64,000 nt of DNA from Trueperaceae bacterium (GTDB taxonomy: Bacteria; Deinococcota; Deinococci; Deinococcales; Trueperaceae): contig DASSXV010000052.1 of assembly GCA_035703635.1 (NCBI GenBank), positions 28,104-92,103 on the forward strand, written 5' to 3'. Shown here piece after piece: positions 42,458-50,887 of this stretch. Made by a program: the position numbers and the translations under genes. Under the pieces are notes generated by a model, which worked only from the letters and a program-made list of their open reading frames with translations, searched no databases and was not told where the DNA came from. The first letter of the stretch is position 1. Every line of letters starts with the position of its first letter.

Positions 42458-44269
42458 ATGGTAGAGGCCAAAGCTCCGGCCCGCGGCGGCGCCACGGTAG
42501 TGCCGTTCTGGCGCAACGTCAAGGTTATCGGCGTCATCGCGCAGCTCGGCTTCTTGGTGCTCATAGTGGCGGGCGTTGGGGTGCTCGTCAACAACGTCGT
42601 AACTGCCCTGGCGGCGGCTAACCTACCCGCCGACTTCTCTTTCCTCACCAAGCCGGCCGGCATCCCTATCGCTGAGCGGGCCATCCCGTACGAAGTGACG
42701 GACACGTACGGGCGCGCCCTCGTCATCGGCATCCTGAACACCCTCAAGGTCGCCCTAGTCGGCGTGGTGGTCGCCACCATCCTCGGCGTCCTCTTCGGGG
42801 TCATGCGCTTATCTGGCAACTGGCTCATCCGCAACATAGCCAGCGTCTACGTCGAGGTGCTCCGCAACATTCCCCTCGCCGTGCAGATCGTCTTCTGGTA
42901 CTCAGCTATCTTGCTGCCCTTCCCGCCCCGCATTAGCGACCCGATCGCGCTGCCTGGCGGCCTGCTCATGTCCAACGTCGGCCTGGCGTTCCCCGCGCTC
43001 TACCCGACCTACGATTTCGTCGCCTGGGTGCCCTATCTCATCGGAGGCGTCGTCCTGGCGGCCGCCGCAACCCTGTGGCGTGTGCGGCAGTTGCGGCGCA
43101 ACGACAGCTTCGGACGCGTGTGGCCTTTCCCGGTCGTGGCGTTCCTAGTGGTGGCCGGCATCGGCCTCGGGCTCACGTACGTCAACGACAAGGTGCCGGA
43201 CAACCTTACCTTCACCTACGAGGCAGATAGAGGGCGCGGCACTACCGCTTTCGTAGTGGACGGCAAGGCCCGGCCAGCCGCGTTCGTGCCTGTCGACGTC
43301 AGCATCAAGGCCGCCACGCTCACGACGACGAGCCAGAACCTCGTCGAGTCGCGCAAGGTCATAAGCGGCACGTTCCGCTTCCCGCTCATCGGCAAGCACG
43401 AGGCGAGCGACTTCACGGTCGCGTTCGCCGATCCGGCTGCGGCGGCCGCTAGCGGCTTGAAGCTCGAGATCACGGACTTCCCTTCGGTCGGCATCGTTTA
43501 CGCGGACCGCAACGACAACGACCGTCTCGACCAAGGCGAGGACATCGACCCGCAGACGGGGCGCGGTTACGGCGGGGTAGACGTCGTGATGACGCTCACC
43601 GACTTCAACCGCATGCTGGTATCCGATCGCGATGGTCAGATCCGGACGCCGCTCTTCAAGTCCGCCGCCGCGGCGCGGGCCGACTCGAGCGGAGAGAGCG
43701 CGCTACCGCGGCCAGGCACGCGCTTCTCGGCCTTCGGGAACGACGCGGCAACGGACGCAGCTGAAGGAGTGGTGGCCGACACCAAGATCCTGCCTGTTGG
43801 GGCGCTCGTCCTCAGCCGCGCCTACGTGCCCGTCAGCAACTACGAGGGCGGCATGCGCCTGACTGTCAACTACCTGGCGTTGCTCCTTGCTCTCGTGGTC
43901 TACACGTCATCGTTCATCGCCGAGATAGTGCGCGGCGGCATCTTGGCGGTACCGAAGGGGCAGACCGAGGCGGCGCGCGCCATCGGCCTATCTGGCTATC
44001 AGACTTTCAGCCTGATCGTCTTCCCGCAGGCCATGCGCATCGTGTTGCCGCCCATGATCAGCCAGTACCTGAACCTGACGAAGAACTCGTCGCTCGCCTC
44101 GCTTGCCGGGTACGCGGAACTCTTCGTCATCGCCAGCGTCATCAGCAACCAGACGGGTGCCGCCATACCTATCGCGCTCCTCCTGATCGGCGCCTACCTC
44201 GCAATCAGCCTCGCGTTCTCAGTTGTCCTCAACCAGGTCAACGCGCGCTTGGCCCTCGTGGAGCGTTGA
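42458..44269 (+). CDS. aapQ: Amino acid ABC permease AapQ with a large inserted domain
   Basis: GILNTLKV, YVEVLRNIPL, AEIVRGGILAVPKGQTEAARAIGL and QYLNLTKNSSLA. 603 aa, with an extra ~200-aa hydrophilic insert. Confidence 0.88.
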   Translation: MVEAKAPARGGATVVPFWRNVKVIGVIAQLGFLVLIVAGVGVLVNNVVTALAAANLPADFSFLTKPAGIPIAERAIPYEVTDTYGRALVIGILNTLKVALVGVVVATILGVLFGVMRLSGNWLIRNIASVYVEVLRNIPLAVQIVFWYSAILLPFPPRISDPIALPGGLLMSNVGLAFPALYPTYDFVAWVPYLIGGVVLAAAATLWRVRQLRRNDSFGRVWPFPVVAFLVVAGIGLGLTYVNDKVPDNLTFTYEADRGRGTTAFVVDGKARPAAFVPVDVSIKAATLTTTSQNLVESRKVISGTFRFPLIGKHEASDFTVAFADPAAAAASGLKLEITDFPSVGIVYADRNDNDRLDQGEDIDPQTGRGYGGVDVVMTLTDFNRMLVSDRDGQIRTPLFKSAAAARADSSGESALPRPGTRFSAFGNDAATDAAEGVVADTKILPVGALVLSRAYVPVSNYEGGMRLTVNYLALLLALVVYTSSFIAEIVRGGILAVPKGQTEAARAIGLSGYQTFSLIVFPQAMRIVLPPMISQYLNLTKNSSLASLAGYAELFVIASVISNQTGAAIPIALLLIGAYLAISLAFSVVLNQVNARLALVER

Positions 44270-44270
44270 T

Positions 44271-45488
44271 ATGTCAGTCGTGATCCCCCCACGCCCGGCC
44301 CCAGTCAAGACGCAGACCGCCGGTTACTGGATGCGCCGCAACCTCTTCAGCGGCCCGTTCAACACGATCCTCACGCTGCTCTCGGCCGTGTTGGTCGTGT
44401 GGGCGGGTTACAACCTCATCAACTTCGTCTTCATCGAGGCCTCGTGGGGTCAAGTGTGGCGCAACATGAAACTCTTCGGCGCCTACCGCTACCCGACCGA
44501 GTTCCTGTGGCGTCCGCTCCTAGCCATCGGCACCATGCTCGGGCTCATGGGCGTCATGGCTGGCGCAGGGGGCCGCAAGTCGATCGTCGGTAGCGCTTTC
44601 GTGGCGCTGCAGGCGTTCGTGGCGGTCGTGGCGCTGATCGCCATCGTGTTCTGGCCATCCGTCCGCTTCCTATGGCCCATGGTGTTCGTTCTCGGCGCCA
44701 TCGGGTATGGGCTTGGGTCACGCTGGCCAAAGAGCACCGTCAAGCAGTTGCCGTGGGCGTGGGGCGCGTGGCTGGTCTTCGGCTACCTGGTGCTGGCTGG
44801 CTTCACGGCGGCTGGACCCATGACGAAGGTGCCCGTGCGCGACTGGGGCGGGTTCCTTCTCACCCTGATCCTCTTCACCGGCATCGTGCCTAGCTTCCCG
44901 CTCGGCATCGCCCTGGCGTTGGGCCGCAATAGCAAGCTGCCCGCCATCAAGTACATCTGCATCGGCTTCATCGAGATCGTGCGTGGCGCGCCGCTCATCA
45001 TGTGGTTGTTCATCGCCTCGCTCCTGTTGCCGCTCATCTTGAACGTGGACGCCAACTCGCTCCCAGCCATCATGCGCGCGTACGTGGCCATCACGCTCTT
45101 CTCGGCCGCTTACATGGCCGAGAACGTGCGCGGCGGGCTGCAAGCCGTACCGCGCGGGCAGGGCGAGGCGGCGCGCGCGCTTGGCTTGTCCGCCTGGCAG
45201 ACTACTCTCCTCATCGTCCTCCCGCAGGCGCTCAGGGCCGTCATCCCGGCCATCGTCGGTCAGGCCATCGGCCTCTTCAAGGACACGTCGCTAGTCTTCA
45301 TAGTCGGGCTCGTAGACTTCTTCAAGGTGGGAGACATCGTGTCTGGACAACCTGAGGCGTTGCTCATCACCGGAGGCGTCAAACTAGAGACGTTCTTGTT
45401 CATCGCCAGTATCTACTTCTTCTTCGCGTACCGCATGTCGTTGGCCAGCCGCCAGCTCGAACGCCGGCTGGGCGTGGGCGAGCGGTGA
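44271..45488 (+). CDS. aapM: Amino acid ABC permease AapM
   Basis: WMRRNLFS, WGGFLLTL, IEIVRGAPLI, AENVRGGLQAVPRGQ.EAA and IGLFKDTSL. Start reset to ATG 44271. Confidence 0.92.
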   Translation: MSVVIPPRPAPVKTQTAGYWMRRNLFSGPFNTILTLLSAVLVVWAGYNLINFVFIEASWGQVWRNMKLFGAYRYPTEFLWRPLLAIGTMLGLMGVMAGAGGRKSIVGSAFVALQAFVAVVALIAIVFWPSVRFLWPMVFVLGAIGYGLGSRWPKSTVKQLPWAWGAWLVFGYLVLAGFTAAGPMTKVPVRDWGGFLLTLILFTGIVPSFPLGIALALGRNSKLPAIKYICIGFIEIVRGAPLIMWLFIASLLLPLILNVDANSLPAIMRAYVAITLFSAAYMAENVRGGLQAVPRGQGEAARALGLSAWQTTLLIVLPQALRAVIPAIVGQAIGLFKDTSLVFIVGLVDFFKVGDIVSGQPEALLITGGVKLETFLFIASIYFFFAYRMSLASRQLERRLGVGER

Positions 45489-45527
45489 CGGTGCGCGCGG
45501 TACCATTCACACCACCGGAGGTAACGC

Positions 45528-46313
45528 GTGAGTGACCTAGCCAGCGCGCCCAGCTCTGTCCGCGCCGACTCGCCCACGACCGGCGAGACGATCATCGACA
45601 TCGAGGGCCTCAACAAGTGGTTCGGTGAGTTCCACGTCCTGCGCGACATCTCGCTGTCCGTCAACAAGGGCGAGGTCGTCGTGATCATCGGGCCGTCAGG
45701 TTCCGGGAAGTCGACGCTCATCCGCTGCATCAACCGCCTCGAGGAGCACCAGCAGGGCAAGATCGTCGTGGACGGCGTCGAACTAACCGACGACGTGCGT
45801 GCCATCGACCAGATCAGGCGCGAGACGGGGATGGTGTTCCAGTCGTTCAACCTCTTCCCGCACTTGACGGTCCTCGACAACATCACGCTCGCGCCGATCC
45901 GCGTGCGCAAGTGGAAGAAGTCGAAGGCGGAGGAGCGCGCGCGCTACTTCCTCCAGAAGGTCGGCATCCCTGAGCAGGCGCACAAGTACCCCGGCCAACT
46001 CTCCGGTGGTCAGCAGCAGCGCGTCGCCATCGCCCGCTCCCTCACCATGGAGCCGAAAGTCATGCTGTTCGACGAGCCGACGAGCGCACTCGACCCGGAG
46101 GTGATCGGCGAGGTGCTGCAAGTGATGGTCAACCTCGCCAAAGAAGGCATGACGATGGTCGTCGTGACGCACGAGATGGGCTTCGCGCGGGAGGTCGGTG
46201 ATCGCGTCATCTTCATGGACGCCGGGCAGATAGTGGAAGTCGGCAGCCCCGAGCACTTCTTCTCGAACCCGCACGAGGCGCGTACGAGGGCGTTCCTCTC
46301 CAAGATCCTGTGA
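45528..46313 (+). CDS. aapP: Amino acid ABC transporter ATP-binding protein
   Basis: [33 protein letters not shown] and VTHEMGFA. Confidence 0.94.
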   Translation: MSDLASAPSSVRADSPTTGETIIDIEGLNKWFGEFHVLRDISLSVNKGEVVVIIGPSGSGKSTLIRCINRLEEHQQGKIVVDGVELTDDVRAIDQIRRETGMVFQSFNLFPHLTVLDNITLAPIRVRKWKKSKAEERARYFLQKVGIPEQAHKYPGQLSGGQQQRVAIARSLTMEPKVMLFDEPTSALDPEVIGEVLQVMVNLAKEGMTMVVVTHEMGFAREVGDRVIFMDAGQIVEVGSPEHFFSNPHEARTRAFLSKIL

Positions 46314-46375
46314 GGCAAGCATAGCCGCGCGGTATGTCACACTCCTAGACAGCCGCTGGAACCTAGACTGACGGC

Positions 46376-46405
46376 ATGATGCGAACTTGTGGCAGAGCGC
46401 TATGA
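46376..46405 (+). CDS. Putative leaderless 9-aa uORF (MMRTCGRAL) overlapping the pilT start
   Basis: TAGACT at 46364-46369, 6-nt spacer, ATG 46376. TGA 46403-46405 overlaps pilT ATG 46402 (ATGA). Confidence 0.4.
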   Translation: MMRTCGRAL

Positions 46406-47568
46406 CCGACGCCAACGGTAGCCGCGGCATCCGGATAGCCGACGTCCTACGCAACATCGTGGTGAAGGGCGCTTCCGACATCCACTTGCAGGCGGGCGCC
46501 CCTCCTTTCATGCGGATAGACGGTGAGCTATACCCGTTCGAGGGCGTGCCGACCCTCACCCCCGAGCAGACCGAGCAGATCGCGCTCGCCATGATGAGCG
46601 AGACGCAACGCGAACTGTTCAGGCACAGGCACGAGGTCGACTTCGCGTTCACCATCCCGAACGTGGCGCGCTTCCGCTGCAACGTGCTGCGCCAACGCGG
46701 CTCCGTTGGCGTGGTCATGCGCGTCATCCGCGACGCCATCCCCAGCTTCGAGTCGCTTGGGCTGCCTGGCGGCGTCGTCACCGACTTAGCTAGTCAGCCG
46801 CGCGGTCACGTGCTCGTCACCGGCCCAACGGGCTCCGGCAAGACGACGACCTTGGCTGCCATGGTCGACTTCATCAACCGCCGTTTCGCGCGCAACATCA
46901 TCACGATCGAAGACCCCATCGAGATCCTCCACCGCAACCAGAAGAGCCTCGTCATCCAGCGCGAGATCGGGCTCGACACGGCCGACTTCGTTGGCGCGCT
47001 CAAGTTCGCCATGCGCCAAGACCCAGACGTGATCATGGTCGGTGAGATGCGTGACAAGGAGACCGTCGAGGCGGCGATCTCCGCCGCGCAGACCGGCCAC
47101 CTGGTGTTCAGCACGCTCCACACGCTCGACACCATCAGGACCGTCAACCGGATCATCGACTTCTTCCCGCCGCACGAACGCGATCAGATCCGGATCTTGC
47201 TAGCCGAGTCGCTGCTAGGGATCCTTAGCCAGCGCCTGCTCGGTAGTTCTGACGACTCCGGCCGCGTGCTCGCCCTCGAAGTGCTCATCAACACGCCGCT
47301 CATCCGCGACTACATCAAGGACGAGGAGAAGACGCCGCTCATCAAGGAAGCGCTGATGCAAGACAACCTGCGCGGCATGCAGACCTTCGATCAGCACCTC
47401 GTCGAGCTGTACTTGGCCGGGCGCATAACCATGGAGGACGCCACCTTCACGGCGACCAGTCCGCACGAGTTCCGCCTCATGGTCACGCAGCGCCAGGGCG
47501 GTCTCGGCATGGACGACCACGATGAGGTGAGTGGCCTCACCAAGTCGCGATCCGGCTACCGGCGCTAA
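46402..47568 (+). CDS. pilT: PilT/PilU-family type IV pilus retraction ATPase
   Basis: ASDIHL, RFRCN, VTGPTGSGKTTTL, TIEDPIE, RQDPDVIMVGEMRD, TGHLVFSTLHT and GMQTFDQ. It has LIRDYIKD rather than AIRNLIRE, so it may be a PilT2/PilU-like paralog. Confidence 0.9.
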   Translation: MTDANGSRGIRIADVLRNIVVKGASDIHLQAGAPPFMRIDGELYPFEGVPTLTPEQTEQIALAMMSETQRELFRHRHEVDFAFTIPNVARFRCNVLRQRGSVGVVMRVIRDAIPSFESLGLPGGVVTDLASQPRGHVLVTGPTGSGKTTTLAAMVDFINRRFARNIITIEDPIEILHRNQKSLVIQREIGLDTADFVGALKFAMRQDPDVIMVGEMRDKETVEAAISAAQTGHLVFSTLHTLDTIRTVNRIIDFFPPHERDQIRILLAESLLGILSQRLLGSSDDSGRVLALEVLINTPLIRDYIKDEEKTPLIKEALMQDNLRGMQTFDQHLVELYLAGRITMEDATFTATSPHEFRLMVTQRQGGLGMDDHDEVSGLTKSRSGYRR

Positions 47569-48884
47569 CCCACGTACTGCTCGTCGGCCTCCCACGCGTC
47601 GGGGAGGCGCCTGCCCCTAGCGCGCAGTAGCGGCCGAACTAGGCCAGCCAGGTAGAGGGAGCCCGCTATGAGCACGGTGCGCGGCTCCTCCGTGCTCGCC
47701 GCCGTGGTTAGAGCCAGGTCGAGGGCTGCTTCCGTGTCGGCTACGAACGTGCGCGCGCCAAGGTGAGGTGGCGCCCCTTCGCCGTGCGCCGCCTCCGTGA
47801 CGATGACCTCGTGAGCGCCTTCTACTAGCGCCTGCAAGACCTGAGCCCCCTGCTTGCGGGCGAGCGACCCGAAGACGAGCACGTAGCCAGCAGGTAACTC
47901 GGCGACCAGCCTGCGTGCCGCGGCGGGATCGTGTGCACCGTCGAGGACCACGAGCACGTCGGGCTTGCCTGCGCTTGGGCAAGGCAAGCTGAAGCGCTCG
48001 AGCCGCGCCGGTAGGGAAGGCGCACCCAGCCCAGCAGCAACGGCGGCCTCGTCGGCGCCGAGCAACCTCAACCCAGCCGCGGCCAAGCGTGCGTTGGCGC
48101 GGCGGTTCGCTTGGTGTATGCCGCTGGTGGGTCCAGGGTGCGCCAGTGCGGCGGCGATCGCAGGGGGCAACGTGAAGATGCTGGACTGCGCGTCAGTGGC
48201 GCTCGGGGCGTCTAGGTAAAGCGGCGCACCTAGCGCCTTGGCCGCCTCCCTGACGAGCGCCACGACTTCCGGCTGCTCCGCGCCGCACACGATCGGCACG
48301 CCCTGGCGGAAAGCGCCGACCTTGTCTTGGGCGATGGTTTCCAAGGTGGGCCCTAGCGCATCGAGGTGATCGAGGTCGACGTTGGTCAGCACCGTGAGGC
48401 TTACGGGATCGACGGCGCGCGTGGCGTCGTGACCGCCGCCGACGCCAGCCTCTAGCACCCCTGCGCTCGTGCCGGCCTTAGCGAACTCGCTGAGCGCTAA
48501 TGCCAAAGTCCACTCGAAGAACGCGGGCCTCGTCTCCTCACCGAACGGCCAGACAGCGTCTAGCGCGCGGGCGGTCGCTACGAACTCCACGACGGCCTCG
48601 CGCGTCACGGGCTTGCCGTCCACAGAGATGCGCTCCTCGAATGCCTCGACATGCGGGGAGAGGAAGCGCCCGGTTCGCATGCCGCTAGCCGATAGTCCAC
48701 TAGCGAGCATGGTCGTCACGCTGCCCTTGCCGTTGGTGCCCACCACCACGGCCGTGAGAGGCGGCGGCGCTAGCCGCATGCTCGCCAGTAGCTGCGTGGC
48801 GCGCGCGCTAGTGCGTGGCGCGCCCGCCCTAGTCCGCGTGAAGAGCCAGTCGAGGGCCGCTTGGTAACTGAGCGTTGTCGTCAC
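47565..48884 (-). CDS. folC: Folylpolyglutamate synthase / dihydrofolate synthase
   Basis: VGTNGKGS, SPH...EERI, EAGVGG..DAT, TNVDLDH..LG.T, LDGAHDP and GSLYLAG. Start reset to GTG 48884. Stop overlaps the convergent pilT stop. Confidence 0.92.
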   Translation of the reverse strand: MTTTLSYQAALDWLFTRTRAGAPRTSARATQLLASMRLAPPPLTAVVVGTNGKGSVTTMLASGLSASGMRTGRFLSPHVEAFEERISVDGKPVTREAVVEFVATARALDAVWPFGEETRPAFFEWTLALALSEFAKAGTSAGVLEAGVGGGHDATRAVDPVSLTVLTNVDLDHLDALGPTLETIAQDKVGAFRQGVPIVCGAEQPEVVALVREAAKALGAPLYLDAPSATDAQSSIFTLPPAIAAALAHPGPTSGIHQANRRANARLAAAGLRLLGADEAAVAAGLGAPSLPARLERFSLPCPSAGKPDVLVVLDGAHDPAAARRLVAELPAGYVLVFGSLARKQGAQVLQALVEGAHEVIVTEAAHGEGAPPHLGARTFVADTEAALDLALTTAASTEEPRTVLIAGSLYLAGLVRPLLRARGRRLPDAWEADEQYVG

Positions 48885-48900
48885 GGCACCAGGCAGGGGG

Positions 48901-49605
48901 TCAGCTGCGCCGCCGCCTGCGTGGCCGACGCTTCGCTGGCCGCTCGCCCTTGCCGCGCGCCGCTTGACCCTTGCGCGGCTCTGGCGTCTCACCGAACGGT
49001 TCGAGCGACGCCTCGCTGGCGAGCTTGATCAGCACGGCATCGAGGTGGCCTTCTGCCAGGCGCTGCGTGAGTTTGAGGATGTGGTGCGGGGCTGCGACGT
49101 CAACGTAGACGACGCTCTGCCCAGGGTGCAACAAGTAGGCGCGCGCCCGCTTCTTCCCGAACGCCGTGTCGAGGTCCACCTCACCAGCGAACTGGACGCT
49201 CACGTCCTTGCCGAGCATGGGCACTACGGCTGGCTGGTTCAAGGCCTCGAGGGAGCGCAACTCGTGAAGTAAGCCAAGTGGGTCGCGGTAGGGCGCGACG
49301 TAAGGCATGCTCGCCTGATCCTTGGGGCCCTTCACGGCCGACACTAGACCCGTTTGGGCGTCGAACGTGACGTCGAAACTCCGGTTGTCGTTGCGGTCCT
49401 GCGTCGTCTCTAGGTAACGCAAGGAGAAGAAGCGTTGCGCGTGGGACCGGCTGCGCTGCACCACGGTGGCGTTGCCGAGCGCCCCCTGGAACTGCGAGCG
49501 ACCCTCCAACTGCGTGTGGCGGCCACGCTGTTCCATCTTGAGAACCTGAGTGCCGGCCGGTTTGCCGCGGTACGTCAGGCGGAAGCTCATGACCTCGACG
49601 GACAT
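48901..49605 (-). CDS. Hypothetical protein (DUF3108-like beta-rich fold, Arg-rich C-terminal tail)
   Basis: L.YRGKPAG start and DPLGLLHELR / V.T.FG segments recall DUF3108. TAGATT lies 6 nt upstream. Confidence 0.65.
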   Translation of the reverse strand: MSVEVMSFRLTYRGKPAGTQVLKMEQRGRHTQLEGRSQFQGALGNATVVQRSRSHAQRFFSLRYLETTQDRNDNRSFDVTFDAQTGLVSAVKGPKDQASMPYVAPYRDPLGLLHELRSLEALNQPAVVPMLGKDVSVQFAGEVDLDTAFGKKRARAYLLHPGQSVVYVDVAAPHHILKLTQRLAEGHLDAVLIKLASEASLEPFGETPEPRKGQAARGKGERPAKRRPRRRRRS

Positions 49606-49658
49606 GGCGTCAATCTACCACCGGGCCGGTGCGGGGACCGTCAGGCTGGGCTCGGGCG

Positions 49659-50753
49659 TTAGAAGGGCAAGTCCCCGTCGCTGAGGGAGCTCAACTCTTG
49701 CGTGCTCCGGCCCTGCCTGAGGACGTTCATCAGTAGTGAGACGATGGCGGGGTCGAGGGTCTTGCCTGCGCGCGCCTCGAGCGCCTTCTCCACCTCGCGC
49801 AAGGGGAGGGCCTGACCGCGTTCGCTGCTTAGCAGGTCGAAGGCGTCTGCTACCGCCACGACCCGCGCGAGGAGCGGGATGTCTTCCTTGCGGAGGCCGT
49901 CCGGGAAGCCGGAGCCGTCCCACGCCTCGTGGTGGTGGCGGATGCCCTCGGCTGAGGCCGCGAGGAGGTCGGACGCTGCCACCATGTTGGCTCCGCGTTG
50001 CGGGTGGTCGAGGTCCTCGATGCTCGGGTCGAGGCCGTTGCCTAGCTTGCCGATGTCGTGGAGCATGGCGGCGAAGTAGAGGTCGGCTAGCTGTGCCCGT
50101 GAAGCGCCTAGGGCGCGGCCGAGTGCCAAGGCGTACGCGGTCACGCGTTCCGCGTGGCCTAACTGTGCGAAATCGGAAGACTCGAAGGCCTGCACGAAGG
50201 CGCGAGTGAACTGCACGAGGCTTAGCTTGGCAAGCCGCAGTTCTTGCGCCTGACCGTGCGCTTCGCCGAGGACAGCCGCCCAGCGCGTCGCTTGCTTCAG
50301 ATCGTCATCGTTGAAGGCGGGCGGCCCGTTGCGGTGAAGGATAAGGGCCCCGTAGCGCTCGTAACGCCCGACCACTGGCACGACGAGGGCGCTGGTGGCG
50401 TCACGCATACCCAGGTCGCCATAGTCGGAGCGCGTCGCGGGGTCGTTGCTCGTGAACAGCTCTGCCACTAAGTTGGGCACGATCCGCGGGCCGGGACTAC
50501 GCCATGGCCCGTTCGCCGGGGTCAGCTCGAGCAGCGCGTCAGAGTAGCCGACTTGCGCTTCGAAGCGGTAACCAGCGCTGCCGTCGCCAGCCACGACGTA
50601 GCCGCGCACGTCGCCAGCAAGCCCAGCCCGCAACGCCTTGAGTACCTCAACGCTGCGGCCCCGTGGCGTTCTGGCGCCAACGAGGGCCTCGTTGAAGGCC
50701 AGGGCGTCTGGCGCCGTGACGCCAGCTCCGCTCGAGAAGATGCGTTTGAACAT
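49659..50753 (-). CDS. GAF + HD-GYP-like domain protein
   Basis: GAF-like SALVVPV...GAL...FNDDDL, then GHAERV, LHDIGK, HP..G, HHHEAWDGSGFPDGL and ARVVAVADAFD. Confidence 0.88.
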   Translation of the reverse strand: MFKRIFSSGAGVTAPDALAFNEALVGARTPRGRSVEVLKALRAGLAGDVRGYVVAGDGSAGYRFEAQVGYSDALLELTPANGPWRSPGPRIVPNLVAELFTSNDPATRSDYGDLGMRDATSALVVPVVGRYERYGALILHRNGPPAFNDDDLKQATRWAAVLGEAHGQAQELRLAKLSLVQFTRAFVQAFESSDFAQLGHAERVTAYALALGRALGASRAQLADLYFAAMLHDIGKLGNGLDPSIEDLDHPQRGANMVAASDLLAASAEGIRHHHEAWDGSGFPDGLRKEDIPLLARVVAVADAFDLLSSERGQALPLREVEKALEARAGKTLDPAIVSLLMNVLRQGRSTQELSSLSDGDLPF

Positions 50754-50887
50754 TCACCACCTACGGCCGCGTGAGTGGCAGTGCGGCCGTGTGGCGAGCA
50801 TACCCGCGCGGAGCCGGGTGACGATGCGAGGTACTGGTCATCTGAGCCAGCCGCCCTCACGCCTGCCGCCTCGGTAGAATGGCCGGC

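Noticed and set aside
45783-46781. 332-aa minus-strand ORF spanning aapP and pilT
   Set aside because: Antisense to two well-supported genes and has no family features.
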